Part shown: piece by piece, positions 1-13,010 of the stretch
How the letters are laid out: each line of letters opens with the position of its first letter
Position numbering within the stretch: the first letter of the stretch is position 1
Assembly (NCBI RefSeq): GCF_009914755.1
Contig: NC_060936.1
DNA: 64,000 nucleotides
From: the human T2T-CHM13v2.0 reference genome, Homo sapiens
Reading direction: 5' to 3' (one strand)
Notes under the pieces: model-generated
Database searches by the model: none
Told to the model about the DNA's origin: nothing
What the model saw: only the letters and a program-made list of their open reading frames with translations
Translations under genes and position numbers: made by a program

Positions 1-91
1 TTCCATAATAAAAGTTTATTGAAAGCAGCTCTGATTTTCTTTTCCTGCCCTTTTTTTATGGGCTTGGTTGTTTTGCTAAATTAGGTTTGAG

Positions 92-265
92 GTTTGCTCG
101 CTTTGTCATAGCACCACATTAATGAGGCCAAAATGTCAGGCTCCATCTCTGTAGTGACAAACCGCGCCCTTAACCTCAGGGAGCTTCTCTGGTTGATGGA
201 AGCAGAGAGGATATTCGAATTCACACAAATCCATCCCACAATACTGTATAAACAATTTTAGGGCC
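92..265 (+). mobile_element. MamSINE1-like ancient tRNA-derived SINE fragment
   Basis: TAATGAGGCCAA tRNA-like head, then CCCTTAACCTCAG and CACAAATCCATC segments resembling the recalled MamSINE1 consensus. Confidence 0.5.
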
Positions 266-1489
266 TGAGCAACTGAGATCAACATCACCTTCATTTATAC
301 AAAATAGCAAATTGTTCCCCTCTGTTATAAAGCAAAACCCCAGAGGAAATTATTAATGTCATAGAAGAAATGAGGTTGCAAAAAAAAAAAAATTAGAAGG
401 TCCAAAAATGATTAACAGAGAACCACATGATGGTTTAGAAAATGGAAATTTTTAGCAATTTGGATTGAGATGCCCCAGTGATTATTCACATAGATGTGCT
501 AAACAGTCCAGGCTGCACAATGAGTAATTAAAATCTGATTAATTCTTATCAGGTTAGCAAAGGGTGCTGCTTTTTAGCCCCCAAACAAATTGGCAATGCA
601 CCTGAACATTAAATTTAATTTGTCATTTTGCACATTTCACTGGTTCTATTGTAATATACTTAGAAGCACATTTGCCACTCTGTTCTCTTCTGACATCGAC
701 CCTCCCTATACCATGTACATTAGGTAAATACTAAAATGCAGACAGGACAAAGTACTTTTAAAATTCTTTCATTTAAAAACATCACAATCAAATAATTATG
801 ATTCAAGATATCAACATTGATTCTTGGCAGTTGCTACCAGTAGAAAATAATAAAATGCGGATATACAAATCACTATTTAAACAGCAATAATTTTGATAAT
901 TAGCAAATATATTGAGGGAAAAATATGGGGAAAAATCTGAAAGGGGAAAAGGGATTTAAATTTAAATAGGATTTCTTTTAATGTTTCCCCCATTATGTAA
1001 AAGTCCATCTTTAATTCATATTATAGTAATTTGTGATGCTGTGTCAAAATAGATATGCAAAAAGGAGATGCATTTGAATTGTAAATATGATCCCTAAGTT
1101 TGAATTTACTATAGTGCCCTAACTGAGTCCTGTATGTGGAATAGGAATTTTGAATCTGTTTTGAATGTCACAGGATTAGCAATCATGCATAGTGTTATCA
1201 TTGTTCATTATCCACCATAACTTTTGAAAAAAACATGAAATGGCATTAATCATTATTTTCTACTACTAATAATATACTTTCAATGCAAATTTCACCATTT
1301 TCCAAATATCTAGAAGGAAATTATTCTCCTTCACCACCCTGGCAAATCACCGCCTCTCCTTTATTCTTGGTTTGCATCTGGGAGCCTTGGTGACTGATGT
1401 TCATTATAACATGCATTGCCCCAAAGGGAAGATTTAGACTTTTAAAGAAAAATTGAACTCTTGACCCTACATTCAAATACCTAGAATCA

Positions 1490-1670
1490 TAAAAACATTG
1501 GGCCCCAAGAGAGCTTAGAATCATTTAATCCAGTCCCTCATTTGTCAGATAGGGAAATAAAAGTTCATTTGGTAAATTGACTTGCCCAAGGTCACCCAGC
1601 CCGTTAAGGGCATATGGGGAAATGGAAACCAGAGCTCCTGACTTCAGGTCGAATATTCACTCCCATGCAT
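1490..1670 (-). mobile_element. MIR fragment
   Basis: MIR core in reverse: CATTTGTCAGATAGGGAAA...TGACTTGCCCAAGGTCAC. Confidence 0.75.
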
Positions 1671-1712
1671 AGAATGAGCAGCACAACATTACCCTTAGAA
1701 ATGAAGGCTTTG

Positions 1713-1960
1713 GGCCAGGCACCATGGTTCACTCTATAATCCCAGCACTTTGGGAGGCCAAGGTGGCCAGGTGTGGTGGTACACACCTGTAGTCCAGCTA
1801 CTTGGGAGGCTGCGATGAGAGGATTACCTTTGCCTGGGAAGGTCGAGGCTACAGTGAGCTGTGATAGCGTTACTGCACTCCAGCCTGGGAAACACAGTGA
1901 GATCCCGTCTCAAAAAAAAAAAAAGAAAGAAAGAAAGAAAACAAAAGAAAGAAAGAAACA
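1713..1960 (+). mobile_element. AluJ-like element with internal deletion of most of the left monomer
   Basis: GGCCAGGCACC...CCCAGCACTTTGGGAGGCCAAGGTGG joined directly to right-arm CCAGGTGTGGTGG...; A/GAAA tail. Confidence 0.9.
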
Positions 1961-1964
1961 AGGG

Positions 1965-2165
1965 ATTTGGGCTTTGGGATCAAGAAGACCTGGGTTTGGC
2001 TCTTGTTTCTGTCAATTATTTCCTTTAATTTTTTAAATGTGTAAACTAATGGTGCATATTTCATAGTATAATTTTGAGGAATATTTGATACGATGCACAT
2101 AAAGCACTTGGCCCTAAGCCTCACATAATTAAATATTAAATAGATATTAACTATATTATTATTAA
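1965..2165 (+). mobile_element. MIR fragment
   Basis: GGCTTTGGGATCAAGAAGACCTGGGTTT head, TAAAGCACTT and ATTATTATT tail. Confidence 0.6.
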
Positions 2166-2680
2166 CCCATGTTACCTAAATATGCATTTTTTCTATGTGA
2201 TCAGCTTATATCTCCTACTTCTCCCTCCAAAAAAAGAAAATATACATACACACACATAGATACACACACACTCACTTACAAAGGCAGGGACCCAGAGTGG
2301 AATACTTGCTACTTACATGTGTGAGTAGTCAGGGGATGAGAGTGTGTGTGTGTGTCTATGTGTGAAGCAGACAGAGGAAGCTAATTGCTTAACTAGAAAA
2401 GTTAAGCTTAACTTAGGACATACCAGGATAGGAAAGGGTCCTAAGTACTGTTAAGGTCTGGTCAGAGCTAAAATGAGAGAATCACTGCAGCAGCTGCCAA
2501 TCTAAAGGGTCCCTAAACCATCACTAGATATGAAAAGAAGTGGAGACAAGTGTATTTACTAGAACTCTCATCAGTGAGAACATAGCATGTGCTGAATGAT
2601 TTGTGAGGCTGTTGGGAAATGCATCTCCACAAGGTCTTGCTCTAGTATTGCTCTATTAGTCTGGACTTTTTGGTTTTAAA

Positions 2681-2813
2681 TAAGATGGTCATACAATTTA
2701 TCCTCTCAATCAGACATTTCTGAGTGTGAAATAGGACTTTATTAATAATTATGCTAGGACAATAGGTGTAAACTAGAACAGTCCCAAACAAATGAGGACA
2801 TATACTCACCTCA
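2681..2813. mobile_element. MER94-like hAT-Blackjack MITE
   Basis: ~133 bp with degenerate TAGGGTGACCATA-type terminal inverted repeats; internal ATTAATAATTATGCTAGGACAATAGGTGTAAAC matches recalled consensus. Confidence 0.7.
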
Positions 2814-2819
2814 CAAGCT

Positions 2820-3350
2820 TTAAGTGCTGGAAATCAAATTAAATTGGATCAAACAAAAGGCACCATCCATTGGTGCCAATGTTTGAAAAGTCTAGAGGTG
2901 TGTCTGGCTTCAAGGATGCTGGGAACCAGTGATATCTCCAAGATTCATCTCTCTCACTCCATCTCCCTGCTCTGCTTTCCCCTATACTGGCTTCTTTTTC
3001 AGGCAGGCTCAGCCCACATGGTGGTCCCTATCCCCTCCAGGCTTACATCTTGCATCCTAGCCACGTCATTTCTTCCCAACACTCTACCGAAGTGTCAGGA
3101 CAGTTATTTCACTGATCCAACCTGGCCAAAGCTCCTCCTTGACCCGGTCACTGTAGTCAAGAGGGACTGGAATAGGCTGATTGGTCAAACCTGGATCACA
3201 AGGCCACTTCTGGATGTTGGGGAAGGGGAGCCCAGAAAAGCCATCCACCCAAATGACATGGACAAAGCGTGGGCAAAGGATGCTTCCCCAAAGGAAAGGA
3301 AAGGCATACATTTGTAAGAAGGGGAATTATGCTGGGCAGGTGAGACCAAT
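2820..3350 (-). mobile_element. Old ERVL-MaLR LTR (MLT1K/J-like)
   Basis: CAGGCAGGCTC...CACATGGTGG, CTCCAGGCTTACATC and CTGATTGGTCAAACCTGGATCAC motifs typical of reverse MLT1. Confidence 0.6.
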
Positions 3351-3399
3351 AAATATTCACTAATGCCAGGACTCTTGTTTGTTGCATAACAGACAACAT

Positions 3400-4090
3400 C
3401 TTTTGTATGGTAGCTATATGCCAGAAACCATCTTAATGGCTCTATATGGATTATCCCACTTAAACATCAAAACAACCCTATAAGTTAGATACTATTATTA
3501 CATGAATATGGATGAGGTATCTGAGATATACAGTGAAGGGTGGTAGAATATGCCAGCCCAAAAATATGCCACTGTGGCATAAGGATTATTTTAAGCTAGA
3601 GGCACTTGGAAGACAGTAGATACAAAAGTAACACTCTGCCCTGCATGTATCAGGAGAAAAGAAACACTCTTTTCACCAGATACGGGAAGTGGAGGCTGAA
3701 AGAAGTCTGTACAAACAGAAATTGTTAAAATAACTCTTATCTTCCTTTCACCTCCTTTACATTTCAGTCACTTCTCCACAATTGCCACTCTTAGTTCAAC
3801 CTGCTACATAAGCAGCTAGGTTTTGCCACTTATTTGAGTCTTTCTTTTCTTACAAAGGCTCACAGGCACAACATAAAAATCTGTATGCTTTTCTCCTGTT
3901 GGTTTATTTTGTGTCAATTGAATTCTCAGACCCAGCCAGAGGCCCTAAGAGGGTGGAGGTAAAGTTGTTCCTCCCCTGCAACAGAAATTAAGGAACTTGT
4001 CCAAGGTCACAAGCCAGTGTATGAAAGAACCAAGATCTGAAGCCAGGGAGCAAAATTCCTGGAGTCCCTGCTCTTAAATCTAACCAATGA
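3400..4090 (-). mobile_element. MIR split by an LTR (3400-3533 and 3981-4090)
   Basis: ACAACCCTATAAG...GATGAGG on the left; AACTTGTCCAAGGTCAC...GCTCTTAA resumes on the right. Confidence 0.75.
3534..3980 (+). mobile_element. ERV1 solo LTR, MER34/MER39-like
   Basis: TG...CA ends; AATATGCCACTGTGGCATAAGGATTATTTT 5' motif; 4-bp TSD ACAG (3530-3533 and 3981-3984). Confidence 0.8.
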
Positions 4091-4325
4091 TGCCATCCCA
4101 TGCAGAGTGTGGCATCCAAGTTTGGGGTCAGAGTTCTGTCACTTAGAACAATACAGGTGAGGATCAGAGCTGCTGCCTGTGGTCTTGCATTTCCAAAGTT
4201 CCCATAGCTCTAAATAAATGTTGAACAAAAATTTTACTTCCAGTGGGAAGCTATGCCCCCAAATTTTCCTGCCCATTATTGCCGTGCCCAGGATACTAGC
4301 GTGTCTTGGTCCAACTCAGAGTGAG

Positions 4326-4748
4326 TGATACAGTTTGGATGTTTGTCCCCTCTAAATCTCATGCTGAAGTTTGATCCCCAGTGTTGGGGGTAAGGCCTGA
4401 TGTTTGGGTCATAGGAACAGATAGCTCGTGAATGGCTTGCTGCCACATTGCCCATGTGTGGCAATGAGTGAGTTCTTGCTCTATTAGTTCCCTCGAGAAT
4501 TGACTGTTAAAAAGAGCCTGGCCCCTCCCCACTCTCTCTCTCTCTTGCTTCCTTTCTTGCTATGTGACATGCTGGCTTCCTTTAGCCTTCCACCATGAGA
4601 GGAAGCAGCCTGAAGCCCTCACCAGAAGCAGATGTTGGCACCATGCTTCTTGTATAGTCTGTAGAACCGTGAGCCAAATAAATCTCTTTTCTTTATAAAT
4701 TACCCAGCCTGCAGTATTCCCTTAGAGCAATTAAAACATGCAAAAACA
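4326..4748 (+). mobile_element. MST (MSTB-like) MaLR solo LTR
   Basis: TGATACAGTTTGGATGTTTGTCCCC start; GAGCCAAATAAATCTCTTTTCTTTATAAATTACCCAG near the end. Confidence 0.85.
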
Positions 4749-4772
4749 GTGCATTAGAAGAACCTAGAGCTA

Positions 4773-4775
<3 letters not shown>

Positions 4776-4804
<29 letters not shown>
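4776..4804 (+). repeat. A29 homopolymer
   Basis: 29 consecutive A after TT. Confidence 0.95.
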
Positions 4805-5734
4805 CATTCTCTGTATTCATTACAGCCCCAAAGTCCTGATAGAAATTACCTGAGCACCTGACAGAGTCCATAGGCCGTGTAGTCAGCCAACTTCTTAGGA
4901 TACTGGAAGCCAAAAGCAGCTTTACATGTCTGGTTTCATCTGTATCTCTAAAATCTCAGGAAGTCACTTAACACACTGGGAGGAAATACTCCAACAGTGG
5001 GACCCATGAATTCAAAAAGTCTTCTATTAACCAACAACAGCAAAAAAAATTAACCTAAGAGAATGGGGGGAAGAAAAGATGGGGGTATCCTTGTAGTCTA
5101 TGTTTTTATAGCAAATAATTTCTCATTTCAGTTATGAAAAAGACACTTAAAAGATTCCAGAAATAATCTGGTTGTATTGATGCAGAGCACTACTTGGCAA
5201 CGTTTAATGCCAGTGTATTTAAATATATTTAGCCATGTTTACTTGCACATTCCTAAATTAGGCCTGAATAACTGGCTGATAGATACATAGTACAAAACAG
5301 CTTGTTTGTAACAGGAAAATTGTTCAATCTATCTTCCTTTATAACTGAGCCTCAACAGCCTTGATTTATTGGTGTGGTTCAGGAAATTTGTCCCACATAG
5401 AGTTATAGGGAATCACTTTCATTTGTATGCTAACTGCTTTTGATTTTTTTTTATTTTAGCATCATCAGTGGCCTTGGTGATTGATTTTCAGTCTAGCTAT
5501 AACCAGTTCCTGTTAAACATATTCCCCAGTAGGAAAGAGATTAGCTTTGCAGACAGTACATGTCATGGCACAAAGAACATTCTGGTCACTCCATTGGCAT
5601 TTGAAAGTTTCCAAGGAATATATAACACAGCACAGCTTCTGGGCTTTGGAAGAAAATATTATAACAATGACAAAGAAAGGTGATAATTCTTTAATGAAGT
5701 TATATACATATTCACAATAAAGCATATACTAGCT

Positions 5735-6010
5735 AAACAATTAGTCAATAATTTAGATTCTGGGGTCAAGACTTAGGGTTCAAATCCTGATACCACCGCT
5801 TAGTTATGCGGCCCTAGGCAAGTTGCTTAGCCAGCCTAAATCTCCATTTCCTCACCCCAAAATCATAGCCACTAACAATATCAACAACAGCGAGTTGTTT
5901 GTGGATTAAATAAGGTGATTTATGCATAACACATTAGCACAGTTGTTTGTTCATAAGAAGCCCTCAATAAATATTAGTTGTTGTTGTTGTTACTGTTACT
6001 GTTGTTGCCA
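5735..6010 (+). mobile_element. MIR
   Basis: GGGTTCAAATCCTG B-box-like head, GGCAAGTTGCTTA core, CTCAATAAATATTAG tail. Confidence 0.8.
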
Positions 6011-6519
6011 TTAGATTTACAATGGAAATAAACGCACATATACCACTCTGGCCACCAAATACCTAAGAACTTAAGGGAGTTCACCCAAACAAGATCTACA
6101 ATTTCCATTTACCCTGTTACAATTTCTCTACATGTGGGCTACTTCTTTTGGTGATGTGCAACCTACATTTCTCACAATGTCTCAGTCACGTATGAGGTTG
6201 GACTCATGATTCCCAACTGCTTTTAATTAGTACAACAATTTACAATAGTAAGTTTTCATTCATTTCAGAGTCTTCCTTCCAGACCCATATGAACAAGGTC
6301 TTTGTCCTACACATTGTCTTCTGGTATCTTTTGCCAACCACTACACCACCAATTCTCCCCCAAAAGACTTGTAGCATTACTAGTTGTAACTTGGGAAAAA
6401 TGAGGATGGGCTTCAAATCTCACCTGAGGGAGGGGCAAGACACAGCCCATGTCCTATCCTTGTCTCCCAGCATCCCAGAAAAATGTATGAATGCAATGAA
6501 AGCTGTATGAGTCTCAATA

Positions 6520-7345
6520 GGTAGTGGGCATTCCTGAGGTTTCTGCCCACAGTCTTTGAAGACAACCACTGTATTTTCTTTTAACCCACTGCATTCTGTT
6601 ACAGTGAAGCTGTCAGTTAAGGTACCCTGCCTCTCCTGAACCAAGAATGGACCTGACCTGTATTAGTTTCCTAGGGGCACTGAAACAAATCACCACAACC
6701 TTAGTGGCTTATGACAACAAAAATTTATCCTCTCACAGCTCAGATGGACATAAGCCCAAAATTAAACTTTTGGTAGTGTTGGTTCTTTCTAGAGGCTCTG
6801 AGGGAGAAACCATCCCATGCCTCTCTTCCAATTTATGGTGATTGCTGGCAATCCTTAGTGTTCCTTGTAGTGTTCCTTGTGATTTGTAGACAAATCACTC
6901 CAGTATCTGCTTCTATTCTACAACACCTTCTTTTCCGTGTCTCTGTGTCTTCTCTTTGTCACTTATAAGGACACTCTCATCAGATGTAGGGTCTCCCCTA
7001 ATCCAATATGGTCTCATCACCACCTAATGACATCTACAAAGACCCTATTCCAAATAAGGTCACATTCTGAGGTTCCAGGTGGACATGAATTTTAGTGGGA
7101 CACTTTTCAACCCATTTAATGACCCAAGACAGGCCAACTCAACTCTCTTTCTCCTGAAAACCAAAAGAACCGAAACTATTTGCAACACATTCATTCCACC
7201 AGCAAAACTTCTGGTCCCCCACATTGCATGGCTTAGCTAAGAATTTTCTTCAATTCTGTGTATTATCTGATGTCCTGCTAATAAATTTCCATGTAGCTTA
7301 ACCAGCTAGAACCAGGTACCACTACTAGAAACTAAAGAAGTCTAA
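6520..7345 (+). mobile_element. Old ERVL-class LTR (LTR33/LTR16-like) interrupted by MLT1
   Basis: GACCTGACC|CAAGACAGGCCAA is continuous across the MLT1 insertion; AATAAATTTCC...GCTTAACCAGCTAGA 3' motif. Confidence 0.45.
6659..7119 (-). mobile_element. MLT1C-like MaLR solo LTR
   Basis: TGTATTAGTTTCCTAGGG start; AAATAAGGTCACATTCTGAGG; 5-bp TSD TGACC (6654-6658 and 7120-7124). Confidence 0.85.
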
Positions 7346-8249
7346 ATCAGAGACTACAACATTTGAACTACCTAAGTCCTGAAATGTACAGGTAAGACCA
7401 ACAGGATGTCAAGGTCTGTTTTTCCACTTTCCATTGACTACATATTCCTTTGGTCACAATACATCCACCCATCTAACTCAAAAGATTTTTACTTCTGGAA
7501 ACTTCCCCTGCTCTGCATAGTAATTTTGCTAAAAGGGCTTAAAAGTTGATACAAGTATGTAGGTGATATAGTTCCTGGTATCTTTCCAAATCCTAAAAAT
7601 GCTGACTGACTAAACTAAGAAGTTATCTTATAATCCTAGGACAGACTAATTAAATCCTACACATTGACATTTTTGGCTAAAATATGATAACTACACTAAT
7701 TAGCCCGTTAGAAAATGTTCATATCTCATTGTGCCAAATGAGAGGGGATTCCTTATAATTGTTCCTATAGGATTGCAAGCGACTGCTGTGCGCATGATCT
7801 AATTGCCGGAAACGTCGTTCCCTCCCAAGTTCCATCACCTACTTCACGACCACAAAAGTCCCACCCGAACAGTGAGGAGTCATCGAAGCTGTATTGGCTT
7901 CCCAAAATCATGGCTCATTACCACTGCACTCTGAAGTTTTTAGGAACATAATGAGTTTTTGAAAGTGAAATGAACCTGGCCTCTGACTTCCTACTGGATC
8001 CCACACTGTCTTGGGACACGAGGAAGCCAAAATGCCAACAAACTCGTACAAAGAACAAACAATTAAAACATTATGAACTTTTGAAGACACCGTGGAAGCT
8101 ACACCATATGTTTATGAAGAACATTTGGAGCTTTCCGAAAAGTATTTATTTAGATAGAATCCCTACGGATTTGCTAAATGTCAGGCAGCAAAATTAAAAT
8201 GTCAGCATATGGCAGAGAGGTCAAAATGGAATTAATAACATGGAGGCTT

Positions 8250-8950
8250 GTTACTCAATTCGATACAATTTAACAAATCTTTATGGACACCTACTGTGTG
8301 CCAGGCACTGTAGTAGCCCCTGCAAGGAATACAAAAATAAGCAAAAAGAGCCTCTGTGCCCCTAGAAGTTTATCGTTTGGAAAGAAGGGTAAGAGAATAA
8401 TGTAAATTCCAGAAATACAAGAAAAAAACTCTAAGTGCTGTAAGAACACAACAAATAAAGCACCAGAGGGAAGATGATTACAACAGCTGCAGGGATCGGG
8501 GAGGCTCTCATAGAGTAAGTAAAGCAGGGATCGCCCTCGACTGACAGATGTAGAAAATATCAACCAGTCAGAGGGTCAACCCCAGCAAAAGCAGAGAGAT
8601 AGAAAAACCCAAGGTGCATTCAGAGATGAGAGATTCGTTTAGTTTCTCTAAGGTACAGGGCTCAGTCAAGAGGGAGATGTGGCTGGAAAAGTAGGTTGGA
8701 GCAACCCCAAAGAGGACAAAGGGTAAAGTGCAAGGTCTTTTTTTAACTCCTGAAGTGCATAAGGAGTCATTGAAGGTTTTTGTAAGAAAGCAGTCCATAC
8801 AGAACTCGCTTTAGAAAGATTAATCTTGAGGTGATTTGAATGATAAACAGGAGCCAGAGAGATCTATCAGTTGGGAGTCTAACTGAAATTTAGACAGAAG
8901 AGTTTGGAAAGAAAGCAGAAAGGAAGGTAGGAGGACATACGTGCAAGAGG
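8250..8950 (-). mobile_element. L2 3' region
   Basis: Reverse L2 tail CACCTACTGTGTGCCAGGCACTGT followed by purine-rich L2 body. Confidence 0.75.
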
Positions 8951-8967
8951 TATGGGAATGTGCAAAC

Positions 8968-9845
<878 letters not shown>

Positions 9846-10559
9846 AAAGCAGTTCTCAGGTGACTATGATAAAAGAACAGTATTTTAAAAAATAATGATC
9901 TGGAGGAATTGACTGGTAAAAGAACCACATTTTAAGAATTAACAATCTAGAGGAATTGACACTTGTGGGAATGTATGAGGAAAAGAAGAGAAAATGACCC
10001 TAGATGATCACAGTTACCCTCTTAAACTCTTTTACTGGGCAGTAAAGCTAAGCTCTGGTTTTCCCTTGCAAAACACCAGAAAGAATCCTTGTCATTTTGA
10101 GGCTGCTGCCCTAGGGCTGATCAACCTTTTTGTTCCCCAGTTTCCTTTTCACTGAGAAAGGACCCCAGCTGAGCATAATAGTAGCTTATCTTGTTTGGGC
10201 ATGTGCCCAGAAGACAAGCACAGTATTCAATACTCTCCCACAAAAGTCCCTAATGTGGAAGGAAGAGAAAGGCAGTGAGAGCAGGTTATGCCACCCATGT
10301 GATATGTGGAGATGGGACAAAGGACCTCAGATACAGCAGACACAGACACGGCACATACAGGTTCTCATTCTTCACCTCCGACAATGCCCCGCAGAGGCTG
10401 ATTCCAACATTGGTACATGTTTTGGCTGGCTACGGCCAATGGGAGCAAGAGAACTAAGTGCTTGGTCAACAATAGGCTCTCCATAAGCTTTAGCTCCCTC
10501 CTTCCCCATCTTTGGCTAACATCTGAAGATAATCCTAGAGAGGCAGCCATTAAAGGAGG

Positions 10560-10790
10560 ATGGGTTTTGGAAGTAGACACACGTGGGTTCTAATCCTAAC
10601 ACTGCAACTCACTCACTAGTTGTGATGTTGGGCAAGCTGCTTATAACTTTTGTACACCTCAGTTTCCCCATCTGTAAACTAGAGTAGTATCTGTATCTGT
10701 AAATTAGGTAATATCTGCTAATATGAGAATTGCAGATTAGATAAGCAGTGTATACGGAGTGTCTGGTAAGTCATACTTGTAGCTGATACA
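10560..10790 (+). mobile_element. MIR
   Basis: TTGGGCAAG...CCTCAGTTTCCCCATCTGTAAA core. Confidence 0.8.
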
Positions 10791-10799
10791 TTGCTCCCT

Positions 10800-11005
10800 A
10801 TATTTAAAAAAGCACTAATCTAAGCTCTTATAACTCATTTAGTCCACACAAATATTTTATGATGTGGACTGCTATTATTTAACTCACTTTACAGATGAGG
10901 AAATGAGGTATAAAGAGTCAAGGAACTTGCCCCAGGACACACAGAAAGTGGTGGAGCCAGAGTTTGAAATCAGGCAGTCAGGCTGCCTGTCTTTTTTTTA
11001 CTGTC
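10800..11005 (-). mobile_element. MIR
   Basis: TTTACAGATGAGGAAATGAGG...AACTTGCCCCAGGACACACAG. Confidence 0.8.
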
Positions 11006-11254
11006 TTCACAAAATACAGCTATTTTTTTTCATGTTTTTAAAGAAATAGCATCTTGACTCCTTGTCTAACTGAACAGATGACTTCACTCTGGCGTTTACT
11101 TGGCTTTCCTAGTAAAGGTCCAACCCCTCTTCTCTTTCCCTAAGAAGGAAACTGCAAAGGCAGCTTCTCTGTGAGTCAGTGCAGGTTCTACAAACAGAGA
11201 AGTGAACGTCCCAGGGAAGGTGATAAAGAACAATCAGGTATACGAACCCCCATA

Positions 11255-11525
11255 ACTTACATTAAATCGTCAAAAGAGGTGAACTCATAGAGACAGTGAG
11301 TGGATGAGAGATCATCAAGGGCTAATGGGAGAAGAGAATGAAGACTGATGTCTTAATGGTTACCAAGTTTCTGTTTGAGGTGATGAAAAAGTTTTACAAG
11401 TAGATAGTGATAGTGGTTGTGCAACATCGTGAATGCAATTAATGCCACTGACTTATACACTTAAAAATTGTTAAAATGGCAAATTTTATGTTACGTGTAC
11501 ATTTCCCCAATTTAAAAAAATAAAA
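11255..11525 (+). mobile_element. L1MB-type 3' end
   Basis: GTGATGAAAAAGTTTT...GGTTGTGCAACATCGTGAATG...AATGCCACTGA...AAATTTTATGTTA, then A tail. Confidence 0.8.
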
Positions 11526-12559
11526 ACCTTCATCTCTACCATTTAGCTGGGTGTCCCGAGACTCCTGCTCTGGTTCCTAGCTCTGCACCTTATTTTTGGA
11601 CTCCTCTCATCACCTCAAATGGTGCTGCCTGAGCTCCAACCTAAACTCACACTGACACCGAGAAGATTGGGGTCTTTACTATACCTGGATACCTCAAATC
11701 TGAACACTTGGCCTTTGACCCCAGTCCTCAGAACATTCAGTTTGTCACAGTCCTTTGTACTTATTATGAAACCATTGGTCTATCTGTCAAGGGCAGGAGC
11801 CAAAAGTCTCTTTCAGACAGTGTTAGGACATTCTTAATGCCCAGAATCCATGAGACCTAAAATGACCAATATGAATGGAGTAAAAATATAAGTCCTCTCT
11901 TGTATTGTACGGACTCTCACCCTGAAACGAATAGGGTCCGGCTTGATGCTTGGTACAACAGAAAATTGTTCTGGGCAAATTTTCCAGAGTAGACCAAGAT
12001 CCCTGCGTCCCTCTACGTGAACTGTCTACTGTGATGATTTAATTTCATGTTCTTAGTTTTAAGGAGAAGGGATTTGGATAAATGTTCTCATGCAGTAATT
12101 AGCGGTTACATTAATAGCATTGATTTCCCATTATGCTGTCCCATTATTCTAATTATATTTCTCTTTAAACAATTTTCAAACTGAAATCTTCAACTCAGAT
12201 GAGCCTAATACCCTGAATAACCTCCCCTCTCCACTGTGCACCCTAAATTGTTAATGAGTGCTATTTAACCTCACATCACACAATTGTAAGAACCACTCCC
12301 TAGGGCCCTGGGTAAATGTCCTCTCTGGGGCAATTACCACCAGGACCCAGAACCAACACTGAAGTAATCAAAACAAGTGGTCATTTGACAGGGCTCTCTG
12401 CACAAACAGCTCCTTGACATCCCATTAAGATGCTTGAAATCTCATCCCTGAAGAGCCCTTTGGGGAGATCTTTGGTGGGCAAGGGGGTGCTCAGTCTACA
12501 AGAGATACTGAAAAGAATAACGTCTTAAACCATACCAATCAACGACCCGGAGAAAATAC

Positions 12560-13010
12560 CAGTTATCAAGAGCCTATAATATGTACCAGATACTCTGGGA
12601 TTAGCACTGACACTTGTTTATCATTTATTCTATGTTTCTGGCACTATTCTAAGTGCCTTAGATATACCAACTTATTCAATTTCCCCGCAAAACCTCTCTG
12701 TTGTAGGTAATATTATGATGCCCATTTTACAGATAAGAAAACAGAAGCTCATTCAAGATCATTTAGCAAATAGGAGACACAACCTGTATTCAAACCCAAG
12801 CAGCCTGGCTCCAGGATCCATGCTCTTCAACTCTGCCTGATACATTTCTCTTTAAGTCATTTCATGAGGCAAGTATTTTATACCTGTTTTGACAGACAAA
12901 GCAGCTGATGGTCTGAGGGGTTACATAACTCACTCAAAGGCACGTGGAGGGCACATGCCGCAGTTATGATGTAAACCCAAGTGTGTCTTATTCCAAGAGA
13001 TTCACCCCTT
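12560..13010 (-). mobile_element. Two to three adjacent MIR fragments
   Basis: CCCATTTTACAGATAAGAAAACAG and TTTTGACAGACAAAGCAGCTGA cores. Confidence 0.7.

Noticed and set aside
2844-3317. 157-aa ORF
   Set aside because: Non-ATG start, lies within an old MLT1-type LTR, no recognisable domain.
9895-9960. Short direct repeat ATCT(G/A)GAGGAATTGAC
   Set aside because: Only two ~16-bp copies; a trivial local duplication, not an array.
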